DNA from: Felis catus
Taxonomy: Eukaryota
Direction: 5' to 3'
Assembly (NCBI RefSeq): GCF_018350175.1
Contig: NC_058382.1
Location: 55,244,001-55,308,000, forward strand
DNA: 64,000 nucleotides
Part shown: one piece after another, positions 13,089-28,955 of the stretch
Numbering within the stretch: the first letter of the stretch is position 1
Layout: every line of letters starts with the position of its first letter
Program-made: the position numbers and the translations under genes
The notes under the pieces: model-generated
The model's input: the letters and a program-made list of their open reading frames with translations, nothing else
Told to the model about the DNA's origin: nothing
Databases searched by the model: none

Positions 13089-15559
13089 TAGGACTGGCCC
13101 CTGGGCCGTAGCAGGTGCCACGTAAGTATTAACTGTGGTTCGTTCGTTCTTGGGGCAGACCTCCACCGCGCCCGTGGCGGAGTCAGGTCTCTGTGCCGGG
13201 GGTGTTCCAGTGACCCAGACTCCCTTCTTGACTTTGGGCGCTCCCATTCCAGCATGTGAGGTGGACTGGAGGTGGACAGTTGCCCCAAAAGGCTGCGTGC
13301 ACTAACGGGATGAAGAGGGTGGTTTGCCAAGTGCTGTGGGGAGAGAGGAGGGACCAGCCTTGTCTGAGAGTGCAGGGGTGCCGGGGAGAGGGGTGATGTT
13401 TGGGGATCTGTATTCCTCGGACAAAGAAACCAGATACACGGTGGCTTAAAACACGGGAGAGACCATTTCTTCCTAAGCTGAGGGAGAGTGTTCTAGAAGG
13501 TTGAGCTCTGGCCCAGAAGGCTTTCCAGGGACCCAGCATTCTCTTTTTGTTCTCCAGTCTCCCAGGGAAAACTGGTTTTCAGCTGGGGTTCTATCGACCC
13601 CCAGCGAATCTGCAGTTAGAATTAGGGTTGGGGTAGCATGTGAACTTCAGGGAAAAATGTTGCCTCTTTATTTTTATTAACCTGTAAATAAAACAGAAGG
13701 TTTCCTTTCATTACGAATATTGCCAACAAGCCACTTGGGGCTTTGTCACCAGCAGAAATCACGGATGTTTTCATATCGTGTTTACTGTTGTCGCAAATAT
13801 CTGAAAATAATGCTGTGCTCATCACTACTTTGAAATTGTGGTAGTTAATAGATTCGACTCTAGATCTTAAGATGTTAATAAAGAAGTACATCTATTTATA
13901 TTACAAATATTCAGTATCTTAACTGTATTTCAGTATAGTGTCTCTTATAATTGTACGTATTATAAATGTCTATTCCGAGAAAGGGATTCAGAGTCTTTCC
14001 CGGGCTTCGAAGGAGGTCCCCGGCACAGAAATGGTGAAGGCTATGCCCTGGGGTGCTGTCCTTGTGTGTGGTTGGTGCTGGGTTGTAGGCCTACCTGAGC
14101 TCCAGCTCATAGGAGGGGCAGTGTGAGCGTGTCCAGGGTCCGCGACTCCTGCCAAACAAGCAGAATGTCCGTTAGGTATGTCCGGCCTGTTCTGTCCTCT
14201 GTGTGAGAATTTAGTCACATGTCCACACCTCCTGCCAAGGATGCTGGATGTGAGGTCTCTACCTGGATGACCTTTGGCAGAAGGAGGGGGATGGATTTTG
14301 TTGATAAGCAGCAGGTTCGTATGGAAGGATGGACAGGTGTTCACCAGGTGGAGAGAAGGCTGTGCCCTCAGGTTGTGGGAGTAACCTCCATAAACACGTG
14401 GCACATTTCCTAGATTGTCGCTGGACCACCAAGATGTACTGGGAACAATGCCTGTGTGCCAGGAGGTCGCGTTCTAGTGGGAAGACCGAAGCGTTAACAG
14501 AGGGCTACCAAACAGTGCGAGGGGGCTTTCGCCGAGGTTCGTGCAGAGGAAGGGATGTCCGTGCCCTCGGTGTAAGAACAGCAGCATCTGAGAGGATCTG
14601 GCTAAGACCTGGGGCACTTTTCACTGAGATACTTAAGGAAGCTTCCAGCATAGGGAAGGCAGGACCAGGGGCCAAGGGAGCTCGGCTGGGAAGGGTCCAC
14701 GGCTTCTCAGGCCTCCGTCTGCGAGTCTGCATTTCTATATAGCTTCACTTTCTTGGGACCACTCTCTGTGTGTCCCCAGGGATTTCCTGGCTCTTGTTTT
14801 CTGATGTGGAGCCCTGAAGGCCCCTTTCAGAGCACACATTGCCTACCCGTGGCACTTGGTGGCTCACTCCTTTCTGTTTCAGGAAAGAGGGAGGAATAGC
14901 ATTTGTGAGGCGTTCCTGGTATGTCACTCACTGGGCGAGGCATGGCATGGAATACTCTTCAGTCTCCTACAGCCCTGCGATCCCAGGCCCTAGGGTCACT
15001 TTCCACATGGGGACACTGAGGTTGAAAAGGTGGCTTAGCTGAGATTATGGTACTTTGAAAAGTTTCACCTTTTTAGAAGTATCTTTCGCACCCACTGGCT
15101 TACAGGACCCAGCAGGGGCTGTCATTATCCCCATTTGACAGGGGACGTTACTGAGACCGAGACAGGTTGTCACACAGCCGAGGTCACGCAGCTAGTAAGG
15201 CTCTGAATTCAAGCCCCTGTCTGGTTCCCAGCCCTGAGCTTCCTCCAGAATCTGGGATTTCCAAGTACCTGCCTGGGTGGGCATCAGTACTTACCTGGAT
15301 GAAGGTGGTTGCAGTCACTGTCTTCAGAGAGCACTGGCTCAGAGAAGTGCAGCCACCTGCCCAGGGTCACACAGCTGATAAAGCAGCAGGAGTGCTGTGT
15401 GCACCTAGGTCTTAAATCTGCATCTCCAGTGTGCACTCCTCTGCCCTGCACAGCCCGGGCCCTGGACTGGCTGCTGCTGCCTTCCCTCTGTGTGCACGTG
15501 GTATCGCTGATCTACTGAATGTCTCTCCAGCACTTAGTACCTGCTGAGCTACCACAGGA

Positions 15560-15860
15560 GATTCAAAACCAAGTCCCGCCCTCATGGGACTTGTATTTTA
15601 GCAGGAAAGACAGAAGACAAAGATAGGCATAAAGATACACAAAGGGCCAAGAGTATGGAAAATAATTCCCAGTGGTCAGATGGTGACAGGGAGGGGAAGG
15701 AGAGCGGAGGCAGTGTGTAGACCACGCGGTCCAGGAAAGCGCACCTGAGGAGGTGACACCTGAGGAGGTGAGCACAGAGCTAAAGTGAGAGACGAGACAG
15801 GCAGAGAGAACAGGCAGTGCAAAGGCCCTGAGGCGCATGCTGCAGCTAGATGCTTCCTGG
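15560..15860. mobile_element. L2 relic
   Basis: ccaggaaagcgcacctgaggaggtgaca...agtgcaaaggccctgagg, typical L2 sequence. Confidence 0.55.
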
Positions 15861-15924
15861 CCGGCTGATGTGAATGAACGCTTAATGGCTCAGAGATTCC
15901 AAACCTGGGTCTCCAGGCAGATAG

Positions 15925-16104
<180 letters not shown>

Positions 16105-17006
16105 TAGAGAACTCTGAGAGTATTCCTGTCTTATTTGCATTTTGACCTATTTTTTTAATGGTTTACTTCAAAATAATTTTATATTCCACCTAACATACTG
16201 TGTATTTACACACACACACCTACAAAGATGTTTTACATACTCTTCACTTAGCTTCCCCAAATACTAACATTCTCCGTAACTTAGAGGATAATTATTGGAA
16301 GCAGGAAATGGACATTGGTACAACACTAATTAATTCATGGACCTTATTCCAATTTTACTAGTTTGTCCACTGACGTCCTTTCTGTGGTCCAGGGTTCAGT
16401 TCAGGATGCCACAGTGCATTTACTTGTCCTAACTCCTTAGTATCCTTCCGTCTGGGACACTCCCACTGGAAACCTTATTTTGGTGAGAGTAATGCATTTT
16501 GAGTGTTAAGGCCACTTCCCACATCCCATAACCTAACATGCGAATGCACTTGAGTATGTTTTGATATGTCTCTTCTCACATTCTAGAAATATTAAAAATT
16601 GTTAACATTAAAATAAAGAATTAAGTCACAGATGTGGAAGAGCCTCTAGACAAACTGGCTGAGAAATCCTGAAAGTCGTAAAAAGTGGGTGTAATGGAAA
16701 AAAACAGTCATGAAACCCAAAAAACAATCCCATCATTCGTAATAGCCTTCAAATTAAATACGAACTAGAAATCTGATGCCAAGTTGTACTTACCACGCAC
16801 TGAATAAAAAAGTCCTGAAAATGCCAAAGGAACCCCAACATCAATAGATGTTTTAAAAGAAATGTCTCGAAGGGGATCGAATTCCATGCAACCACCACAA
16901 ACGTCTATGAAAGTGGGAACGGCGCATCCCAGGGCAGGGGCTCTGGGCCCCAGAGTGGATGGGGCCAAGAATGAGGGCGAGAGCTAATGCTGGTTTTCTT
17001 TTCTAG

Positions 17007-17111
<105 letters not shown>

Positions 17112-17672
17112 TAACTGGTCTTCTCCCCTGGCCCACAGGCCTGGACATCGTCAGCCTAACCAGCTTCCTCTTTGGGTACCAAGGCTGCCTGGCTCTTCTC
17201 TGATTGGCTGGCTGGCCCAGGTTCTCAACCAATGAGGTTCAAGGGTTTTTCCTGCTCTCAGAAGGGCCTGATTGGCCTGTCTGTGTTCTTGGCAGGAGGA
17301 TATTGGGGTGTTCTGTCCAGCCCCACCCCCAGCCTGGTTCCTAGCTTCCCTGCCCTCTGTCCTTGGGCTGCTGGCCATCCTTGGTGCTCCCAGGGCATTA
17401 TGGCTTTCAGATTTCTTGTGCAATAGAGTTGAAACCTGTACTGGGGTCCCCTTAGCCCATGTCTCAGGACTCCAGGCAGCCACCACCAGTGGTGACGAGA
17501 GGGAAGGCAAGGAGAGCCATTTCCCCAGACCTCTTGGGCGGTGGGCAAGCTGATGCCAGCCTGTCTGCTCGCCAGTCCCCTGGGTCAGCATGTGCAGAGG
17601 GACCAGTCTGGCCATGCCGGGGGGTCTTTCGGGTCCAGATTTTCAGAAACTCCTCCTCCCTTTGTGGCCCAG

Positions 17673-17848
17673 GATATACCCCCCACGGAGCTGCATTTTG
17701 GGGAGGAGTGGTTCCACAAGAAGGTGGAGAAGAGAACAAACGCCGAGAAGCTGCTGCAGGAATACTGTGCCGAGACGGGGGGCAAAGATGGGACCTTCTT
17801 GGTGCGGGAGAGCAAGACCTTCCCCAACGACTACACCCTGTCCTTCTG
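17673..17848 (+). CDS. PLCG2: PLCG2 exon 17, [17 protein letters not shown]...[19 protein letters not shown] (nSH2)
   Basis: cag| acceptor, |gtaggg donor, 176 nt; FLVRES motif. Confidence 0.96.
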
Positions 17849-18023
17849 GTAGGGGCGTACCGCCTTCCCCTCGCAGCTGGCCAGATGGGGGGCCATGTGG
17901 GTTGCTGTGCGAGCTCAGGCAGGGCCTGGAAGCCCAGACGTCTCTTAGGGAGCTGTGCAGGGCAGGGGTGGGCCAAGGCAGGTGAGGCCCAAAATACTTA
18001 GCAATCAAGATGAGTGGTATTTG

Positions 18024-18136
18024 AGGGCACCCGGTTGGCTCAGTTAGTGGAGAATGTGACTCTTGATCCCAGGGTTGTGAGTTCGAGCCCCACATCGGGC
18101 GTAGAGATGATTTAAGAATAAAATCTTTTTTTAAAA
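18024..18136 (+). mobile_element. Short Can-SINE lacking the CT tract
   Basis: tRNA-like head with gttcgagccc B box; TSD aagat(g/t)agt(g/a)gtattt. Confidence 0.88.
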
Positions 18137-19182
18137 AAGATTAGTAGTATTTCAATGCGATGTTTTTTAAAAATCTGAAGTAATGAAAAATCCGCGATGA
18201 ACAAAATATCGTCAACATTTTAAGACATTTAAGACGATGTGGTCTCACTCACGCCACCCCCACCCACCCCAGTCCCGGTCCTAAAGCAGGTGGCTTTAAG
18301 CACATCACTCAGCCTCCTGGAGTCTCCGTTGCCTTGTCCCTAAAATAGAGACCTGAAAGGCGGTTTATGGTGCCGTCATGAGCTTTCTCACTCACTCACT
18401 CACTCACTACATTCATTCATTAACTCACTCACTGGAGTGCTTGCTTCATGCTAGGTGCAGCCATCAGACAGACGGTGGGGGGGGGTCCCTGTCCTGATGG
18501 AGATTAGAGTCTGGTTGGGGAGATGCACGATGAAAAAGGAATCGATGGTCTATAACTGTGATAACTGCAGTGAGAAAAAGGCAAGATGTTACCACAGTCT
18601 GTACAAGAGGGACCTGATGTAATGTTGGGCATGGGAGCAATCAGGGAAGACTTCCTGAAAGAAGGACTGTGTAAACGGAGACCCAAAGGGGACAGATGAT
18701 TACAATGTACTGACAATAGCGATAGCTAACACCTGCACACCAGGCGGCATTCCAGGCACATTTTGTGCGTGACCTTGTTCAGTCCTCGGGATGGCTCAGT
18801 GAGGACTGAGCATATAAGGAGGAGAATGTGGAGGCCCAGAGAGGACAAGGCTCTTGTTCAAGGTCACTTAGCACATAAGTGGCAGCATCAGGGTTTATAC
18901 CTAGGCCATCTGGCTCCAGAGTGGGAGTCTTATAGGTAAAAGTGGTAGAGGAAGTAGGTAGAATGTTCTGGAATCCAGGCTAAAAGACCAGTCTGCGCTG
19001 AAGCCCAAGCATGTCCTAAGAGCACAGGGAGACCTGAGTGGCCACATGCAGGGTCTACCCCTCAGTGTCCCTGGCCGCAGTTCTGGCCCTACCCCCTCCA
19101 CCCCCCGTGTTCGTTGCCGCCCGGGGTGCCGGAACGGCCGGTCGGTCTGGCCTCGGCCCTGAAGTTGTCCTTCTCCTTGCAG

Positions 19183-19383
19183 GCGGTCCGGCCGGGTCCA
19201 GCACTGCCGGATCCGCTCCGTCATGGAGGGCGGGACCATGAAGTACTTCCTGACTGACAACATCATGTTCACCAGCATCTATGACCTCATCCAGCACTAC
19301 CGTGAGACGCACCTGCGCTGTGCCGAGTTCGAGCTCCGGCTCACCGACCCCGTGCCCAACCCCAACCCCCACGAGTCAAAGCC
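19183..19383 (+). CDS. PLCG2: PLCG2 exon 18, [12 protein letters not shown]...[14 protein letters not shown] (nSH2)
   Basis: cag| acceptor, |gtatgt donor, 201 nt. Confidence 0.96.
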
Positions 19384-20092
19384 GTATGTGTGCTCAATGC
19401 TGTCGGGACAGCAGAGCTCAGGCGTCCACCCACAGGTTTAGTGGGTGCAGACACCCTTGCGGGTTATGTTCGCGAATCAGATTAGCCAGGCTCGTGGGTG
19501 TGCCGGGGCCCAAATTCCCAGGAGGCCCCTCACCAGGGTGCCCGGGATCTCCCCGGGATGGCCACAGTTGCAGACCCCCACTCCACCTTACTTTTGCCCT
19601 GTTCTCTCCGTCCCTCTGCCTCTTTCCCTGCCTCCATTCCACTATCTTCACAGTCCTGAGCTCTTGGACTTGGATTTTCAGAGGTGAATTTTGGCCCGGT
19701 GATAATCTTTTTGCTTGTCAAAGCTCATTCCCGTTCATTGTGAAAGTGAACAAGAAAAAAGTAATTGTAAAGATTTTCCCTTCATTTTTTTTTTAATCTA
19801 GTAAAATGAATAGGAGTTATGCTTTCTGAAGGGTTAACCAATTTTGAAAACCAGAAAAATATTTTTAAGCAGAAGGCTGCTAAAATGTACATTTCTGAGA
19901 AGCCTTGTGACTTAGAGCAGCTTGCTTTCTTTGGTCTATATTCATATAGATTGCCTATTCAAATTGGCTTTTTCTTATCTTTAAAAGCATCCAAAGACCA
20001 ACCAACCAAACAGACCTTTGGAAAACTCAATTCCCTGTGTTCTCTGCCTCCAATTTTCTGAGATTCTCTGCTGTGACTGATGCTGGCACTGA

Positions 20093-20479
<387 letters not shown>

Positions 20480-23250
20480 TGAGTGGGCGGGCTGCAGCCT
20501 TCCGGGAGGGACAGGAGCGGAGAGCGAAGGGGGTGCCGCGGCTGGCGGTTTACCTCCACGTCCGCTCCCAGAGGGTCAGCGGGGAGGACAGCAGTGATAG
20601 CAAAAGCGGCCTGTGCTCACAGGAGCTTGCAGCGTGCTGGCACAGGTCTGTGTTCTTGAGAGGAGCACGTGTTACGTTAACTCACTTCATCTTCCGGCAG
20701 TTTGAGGACTTGGGTCATTGTTTTTCACAGGAGGACGCTGAGGCACAGAGAGGTGAATAAGTGACTTGCAGAAACGCGCAGGCAGTTAGGGTGGTGGAGC
20801 TGGGATTTGAACCCACACAGCCCTGGCAGGCTCAGATCGGTGATGGTGTAGACAGGATTTCCTCCCATCTGCACTCGCCACCCAGCGCTGCCGGTGGAAA
20901 GGCCTTAGGGACCAAGCATCCATAGGACGGTGGTTCTCTGCTTGAATTCCACCCCAAGACGCCGGACTCCTCCAGTTTCCGCCAGTGACAGCGTTGGGAG
21001 GGTTTCAGACCCATTTCATACCGTCCTTCCATCTCCCCTGCCACGGTGTATTCTCAGCGTAGGGCCTAACTAACGTTCCAGACACTGGGCTGCCATGAGC
21101 ACTTCCTCTGATTGAGTCTTTCGCTGTAGCCCATGAGGGGTAGGTCCCTGACTTCAAATAAGAAAACGGGAGGCCCAGAGAGGTTGAGCAACCTGTCTAG
21201 AGCCACACAGCCTAGTCCTGGGCTGAGGCAGAATTTCAGACTCGGGCCCCTCCGTGTCCACAGCCTGCTGTTTTCGCTGTGAGGTCTGAAGCGAGAGGCT
21301 CGTGGCCCAAACTGGGCCTATGGATGTTTTTCTCCACCGACACGGTTACGTGAAATACTGAGAAATTTCGCTTGAAGATTTAGGTTCCTTCGTGTCAAAA
21401 GCGGGAGGCAGTGGTAGCTGTTGCCGCGGGGCGACGCTGGTTTCCAGCTGCACGGAGGGGCCCTGGTGTGGCCAGGCTGCTCCTGCTCCTTCCATTCCTA
21501 TTGCCCTGGCCCCTGTGCCGCGGTTGCCCTGCCAGGCTGCCCCCTGGGCATTTGGAGCTGCCTCCTCCTCCCCCGTCACTGATGCCTTCTTGGGTGAGCG
21601 GATGGCGGTGGTAGTGGGGGTCATGATCGTGGCCATTTGCCGAGGATGTACCGCGTGCCTGCTCCGGCCAGAGTGATTCTCCTATGCTTTGTGCCAACAC
21701 AAAAAGTGGGATTAATTGGCGACTAGTGGAGATGCTCGAGAGGCGAAGCTGGCTGCCAACAGGCCTGGGTCCACGTCTCCCCTGCAGTTCTTGGGATACT
21801 ATCTCTTGGCTTCACGTTGGTTGCCAGGACGGTGTCCAGCAGAAAAGACGAGTCCTGTGATGTAGACAGTGCCCCTGGCCCCTGCTTGAGCTGGGTGTCA
21901 TGGTTCTCTGATTGGGTACCTTCAAGCTGGCCCGGGGGGAGGGGAGAGGGGTGAGGTTGGAGTCACTTCATTGGATGAAGGTGGGCTGGTGGTACCAGGG
22001 CGGTACCCTGAAAGCTGGCGTTTGGAACTTGTAGGGATTAGCACAGGTTCTGTGAGCACCTACTATGTGCCAGGCTGTGTGCGGGGCTGCAAGAATACAG
22101 AAGTGGTAAAAACCGCGCGGTCCTTGCTCTCATGAGCCCAGCGGTCTGCGGCGAATGAGCGACCTCCTGTCGGTCACAAGTGTTTCTTTGTTTTGAGCGA
22201 TTCCCTCTTATTTAGCATTGCCTTGCCAGTAGCGGCGGTCAGTGCGTGCCGGCTGAGTGAGCCGGTGATGAGGGCTTTGTGTCTCAAAGAGGAGAGGAAG
22301 GGAAGGCGGTTTCCATCATGCTGGAATGGTGAACGTCCCTGCTCTCCACCCACCGCGTGCCTGTGGGGGACGCTCCGTCCCTGCAGTAGTCAAAAATGAC
22401 CTCCCCCCACCGCCCAGACTCTTCGAAACTCACTCTGGTCAGGCTGCGGGGTGGGTGTCACTGTCTCTCATTGGCAAGTGTCGCCTGCAGCAGGAGAATC
22501 GGGCACAGAAACGCGTTGCTGCCGTACTGTGTGCCGAGTGTCACAGACGGTGGTCAGGCAGGTGGCCCAGGGCAAGCAGGAGCTCTTGGGGGACCAAAGG
22601 GGGATGTGCTCCATGCAGAGGGAGAACAGAGGGCTGGAGCAAATTTCCTTCCCTCTCCCCTCTGCCCAATATCTGCAGAATGCCTCTCCTGGGTCTGGTG
22701 CTGGTCTGAGCTCTGAGAACCCAGGCTGAACTTGGGGCTAGATCTCTACAGGAGAGGATGCGCGTCCTCACAGAGAGATGGTACTGCTGTCTAGGTGTGA
22801 TCGGGGCAGGTGTACCTCTGTGGGACTTGGGAGCAGGGGCTTCTTGGCGGAGCTAAGACCTCAGGCCACGGTGACCCCTGGTTTGTAGCAACCAGGTGAC
22901 TGGAAAGTGCCGTTCACACTCAGCCCTGTTCCTGTCTCCCTTTTTGATTCTTCTCTTGATGGAGAAGCTCATTTTGACTTGACTTTGGTTATATTTTCCT
23001 AACCGTTCACTCATTGAGTACCCTCGGAGCGCTGGGCACATTGCAAAGGGCTCACCCTGGCTTATCTGTCAGACGCGGTCCTGACACGTGCCGTGACACA
23101 GGAACTGTGGGTCCCCAGCACCGTGGAGGACGAAACTGAGGTTCAGACAGGTTACCTGAGGAAGGAACCAGAACCTGACCCATACTCTTAACCTCAGCAT
23201 CCTGGAGCCTTCCTGCCCTAGGGGGCTTTTGTAAAAAGTTAAAAAAAAAA

Positions 23251-23450
23251 ATTTGCTCTTAATGCTTATTTTTGAGAAAGAGCACAAGCAGGGGAGGGGC
23301 AGAGCAAGAGAGGGACACAGAATCTGAGGCAGGCTCCAGGCTCTGAGCTGTCAGCCTAAAGCCCAACGTGGGGCTCGAACCCACACACCGTGAGATCATG
23401 ACCTGAGCCGAAGTCAGACGCTTAACTGACTGACCCTCCCAGGCAACCCC
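23251..23450 (-). mobile_element. Can-SINE
   Basis: Complete element; TSD aaaagtt. Confidence 0.93.
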
Positions 23451-23485
23451 AAAAGTTTAAAATTTTTTATTAAATAAATATATTC

Positions 23486-23486
<1 letters not shown>

Positions 23487-23540
<54 letters not shown>

Positions 23541-23730
23541 TGTTTTCATTTTGAGATAGAAAACGAACAAGTGGGGGAGGGGCAGAGAGACAGGGAGACA
23601 GAATCGGAAGCAGGCTCCAGGCTCTGAGCTGTCAGCACAGAGCCCGTTGCAGGGCTCGAACTCACACACTGTGAGATCATGACGTGAGCTGAAGTCGGAT
23701 GCTCAACCAACTGAGCCACCCAGGCGCCTC
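23487..23730 (-). mobile_element. Can-SINE with (TTTA)n tail
   Basis: TSD ataaata(t/c)attct. Confidence 0.93.
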
Positions 23731-23761
23731 TGTATAAATACATTCTCTAAAAAAAATCAAA

Positions 23762-23968
23762 GGGTGCCTGGGTGGCTCAGTTGGTTGAGTGTCTGACTTC
23801 AGCTCAGGTCATGCTCATGCAGTTCACAAGTTTGAGCCCCACATTGGGCCCTGTGCTGACAGCTCAGAGCCTGAAGCCTGCTTCAGATTCTGTGTCCCTC
23901 TCTCGCTCTGCCCCTCCCCTGCTTGCACTCTTTCTCAAAAATAAATATTAAAAAAAAAATAAAAAATT
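23762..23968 (+). mobile_element. Can-SINE
   Basis: Complete element, head-to-head with the previous SINE. Confidence 0.93.
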
Positions 23969-24633
23969 AAGACATTGCAGTGAAGGCTAAACTCCCTGTG
24001 GTCCTTCTCATCTGGGTCCTTGTCCTGTAAGAAAACACACTTTCTTAACTGGTGTCATGTGTGGACTTCAAAAAAAAATTTGCTCCATGAATACGTACCT
24101 ATGGAAAATACATCGTATTCCCTTCCATTTTTAAAAAATACAAATGGGGTCATGGTATAGCTTCATCTTGCAACTTTTTAATAAAATACTCCTGCAACTA
24201 TTCTGCCACTGAGGCAGAAGTCTTATAGCATTTTTTTTACAGGACTTATTGAAGAAGTGGCTTCCCAGGATGTGTTTTTTTGAAACAATAAAAATATAAG
24301 GTGCAAAATCTTAAAGGATAAGTAGCTTGCCCATAGTAGTTATGCCTTTAGACCGTTTTAACAAGGTGCTTTGGGTTGTAAAGTTGAGATCAGAACTTAC
24401 TGTCCTAAAGGCTTCTGTTCTTGCTGATAAAAGCTGGTAAGACCGAAGATTGTTTTCCATTTTGGGTTTTTCTGACCTCGTGTTTCAACTGGGTGAGGCG
24501 ATAAAAGACTTGTTTACCTTTTGGGGGAAAACAAAACAAAATGAAACAAAACAAAACACCACATTGTTCTAGTAGTTGGAACACTGAAGATAAGATTGAA
24601 GGATTTGGGCCTCAAATCCCAGAGTTCTAGAGT

Positions 24634-24896
24634 AGAGATCAGCAAACATTTCCTGTAAAGGACGAGAGGATTTTAGGTCGTGTGAGCCTGTCGCTGCTAC
24701 CCCAGCTCCTGTCAGCTCAGCCACTGTAGAGTGAAAACAGCCCCAGGCCGTATGTAAATGGGATGAACGGGGGGGGGGGGGGGGGGGCCGTGTTTCAATA
24801 AAACTTTATTTACAAAAGTGAGGGCAGCAGTGGGGCAGGTGGGTGTGGTATGTGGGCCAGATTTGGCCTTGGGGCCATTGTTTGCTAACCCTGCTC
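24634..24896 (-). mobile_element. MER58-like hAT fossil with internal G run
   Basis: ttcaataaaactttatttacaaaa...gggccagatttggcc...tttgctaaccc. Confidence 0.7.
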
Positions 24897-25095
24897 TAGA
24901 CACCAGGACCTTCCCAAAGTCCAGTCCTGTAATTGGGGAGGAGGGGGCAGACGAGAGGAACTAGCAGTATCTCTTGTAAGGACAGATTCTTCTTGTGTTT
25001 CTGTCTTGAAAAGATCCGTGTGCTTCACCGGACTGCCGTACCCTGTTTATTTCTATGGTTCCCTGAGGACGGATACGCAGGTTGTTGCTAGGTAG

Positions 25096-25880
<785 letters not shown>

Positions 25881-26533
25881 CCTGATTAGATGGCCACGTC
25901 TCTGTTCTTGTCACATGGATTCAGTAATGTATTGAGGAGAGATTTAGGACACAGCCACCATGAGCCAGGACTGGTCCAAGCTACTGGGAGTGTGAGGAAC
26001 AAAAGTCTGCCTCAGGAGATTTAGGTTCAGGACAGGCCTGCAGTCACGTGAAGAAAATGTCCCCGGCAGCATGGATTGCAGTGACGCAGACACAGAGAGG
26101 TTGGGTGCTGCTTTGGGTTGAGCCGGAGAGCTCAGAAAAGGTCTCCTTGAGAGGCTTAAAACACAAGCCCAAACCTGATAGGGAGTGATTGGGCCATGGG
26201 AAGCTACAGAGGAAGCCAGTTCTAGGTCAAGGGAGCAGCCACGGCACACGCCCTGGGGTGACCCTGAGGGACAGTGACCGACATCAGAGGGCAGGCAGGG
26301 TCTCCAGGGTGTGCTGGTGAATGTGACCTGTCTGGGTTCGTGGCATTTGCCAGCTCCCATCGTCTAAATGGTTCCACGGGGGCCGGTCTACAGCTGCCGA
26401 CTCGGAACGTGGGTCAGGGAGACGTGGGCGCCGGGCTCTTGTGGGCCATGAGTTGTGGCAGCACGCCTCCGGGTCCCAGGGTTTGTGTCTTCACAAAGGA
26501 GTGTAGGGCCTGGCACACGGTAGGCCGGCCTAG

Positions 26534-26932
<399 letters not shown>

Positions 26933-28936
26933 TGATGATTGACAATGTGAAATCTGGTTTCCAGGAAGAGGTTAATAGAATTCTACCCAAACGCAACCGC
27001 GCCTTGCTAAAATTCTGAGGTTTGATGAACCACCTTTGGGCCAAACAGCTTCTAATTAAAAATCTTTCAAATGTTTCTTGCTCACTGACTGAGCCCGTGG
27101 TGTTTATGAATTCCGTTTGGTTCACCGACCCCTTTGCAGCGTGCACGTTATCTCCTATTCCCACCCTGGCTGCTGTGTGATTTCACTCGGTGTAGGGGGG
27201 AGGGGGGCGGGTTTTTACTCTTGGCCCCCAGCCCCTCCTCGTTCTGGTTTCATCTCACACAGAGTTTGAGCCGCAGAGGAAGAATGATGGCGAATTTTCT
27301 TTCGGGGCAGGGTTGGATATGGCACGCAGTTCATGTCTTGCTAAGGAAAGGGCCCTGATGATGGGCTCTGTAGAAATCCAGAGACGACCTTCTTTTCTTT
27401 CTTTCTTTTTTTTTTTAATTTATAATCCTTGGCCAATGCAAATCCCTTTCAGCAAGAAATGAAGGCTTGCAAGGATGTGGACACATGGGCTGTGTGTGAA
27501 ATTATTAGAGGACTTTTATTGGGAAGAAGGCTTTGGTAATAAGAATGACATGACCTCGTGTCAGCCAGGTGTCAGGGGATGGTGGAGACTGTGGTAAACT
27601 GAGGAACTCACACCCCATCTCGAAGGCAGCTGTGCCCGTTGGCGCTTGATGGCTGCCTTGCCAGAGAGCAGGCCAGCTTTTCTGATTTCTCAAGGCACAC
27701 CAATCATCCAGGTCCTTGATGTGAATTTGCCCCATTTTTAAATTTTAACCCAAGTTGCAGAGAAAATCATCCTATAAGTGAGGCAAGTAAAACACGACTG
27801 TGGCTGCATTTGTTCGCCGACTGCCAGACTATGGCGAGCGCCTCAAAAGAAAATTACCGCTGTTATTATGATGGAAAACGGTTGAACAATTAAAAAAAAA
27901 AAAACCCACTCTGAAGATGAGGAAAATAATTAGCCCCGGTCTCACCCTCCTAACCCGGTCGCTGTCTGCATTCCTGGGTCTCTGCCTGCATGGAGACGTA
28001 TTTTACAATCCCCACCACCCACACTTGCCATTTCTATTCTGCTCTGTTCACTTGCTGCTTGTCCTGTGTGGATTTCTCCTTTGCTGATTTGCCTCGTGAC
28101 TATTCTGGCTCAAACTGGTAGGCCAGGTAATTGAGGGAAAATACATGGCTTGCGGTTTTGACTTAAAAAAAAAAAAAATGGGTTTTTAATGCTGCAGAAT
28201 GTTCTGGGTGGCTGTGCCGGTTTAGCTATGTCCCCCTCAGTGGCCGTGTACGTCATCTCTAGTCTTTGTCCTTCTAGTTAACAGTAAAAGGAACGTCACC
28301 TGTGAGGCTTTGGGCATCTCTTTGCATCGTTTCCTTGGGAGGAGTTCTTGGAACTGGAAAGACTATATCAGTCGTAATAGGGGACGCGTCTGGCTGGATG
28401 GCCACATATCAAGCCTTGTTCTAAGCACCTGACAGCCCATTAATCCCGTGCATCGGGTACAGTTTCTGTGCCCTCGGCATAGCTAGCAAGATACAGAGCT
28501 GGAACGTGGCCCCGGGCGGTCTGGCTCCGGGGCATTTGCTCTTAGTCATTTTGTTGTGCCGTCTGCCAACCTGGTCACCTGATGGACAGCTTATTTCTCT
28601 CGTTCGTGGGGGGCCTGCCATGAGGCCTCCTCCTGCCCTCTGTCAGGCTGGAGACTCGCTCCTCGTGGAAGCCACTCTATGGCACCTCCCTTTGCCACTG
28701 GCTGCACCTTATAGCCTTGGAGCCTGGCAGTGGCCTGGGAGGTTGATGGGGGAAAATGTGTCCTTACGTCCGCCTAGAACCCACGTTGCTTCTTACAGAA
28801 GACCAGCGTGAACTATGGCCGTAACTGATTTATTTCTGAGCTCAGCCACTTAGCCCCTGGTTGACCTTAGGGGGCCGGTCCTCATCCACATTCCCTGGTG
28901 ACTTTGGGAGCTCCTTGGCAATGCATTACTAGCTCT

Positions 28937-28955
28937 TGGCCAGCAGATGGTGCTG
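28937..28955 (+). promoter_or_regulatory. Candidate CTCF site
   Basis: TGGCCAGCAGATGGTGCTG; motif only. Confidence 0.35.
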
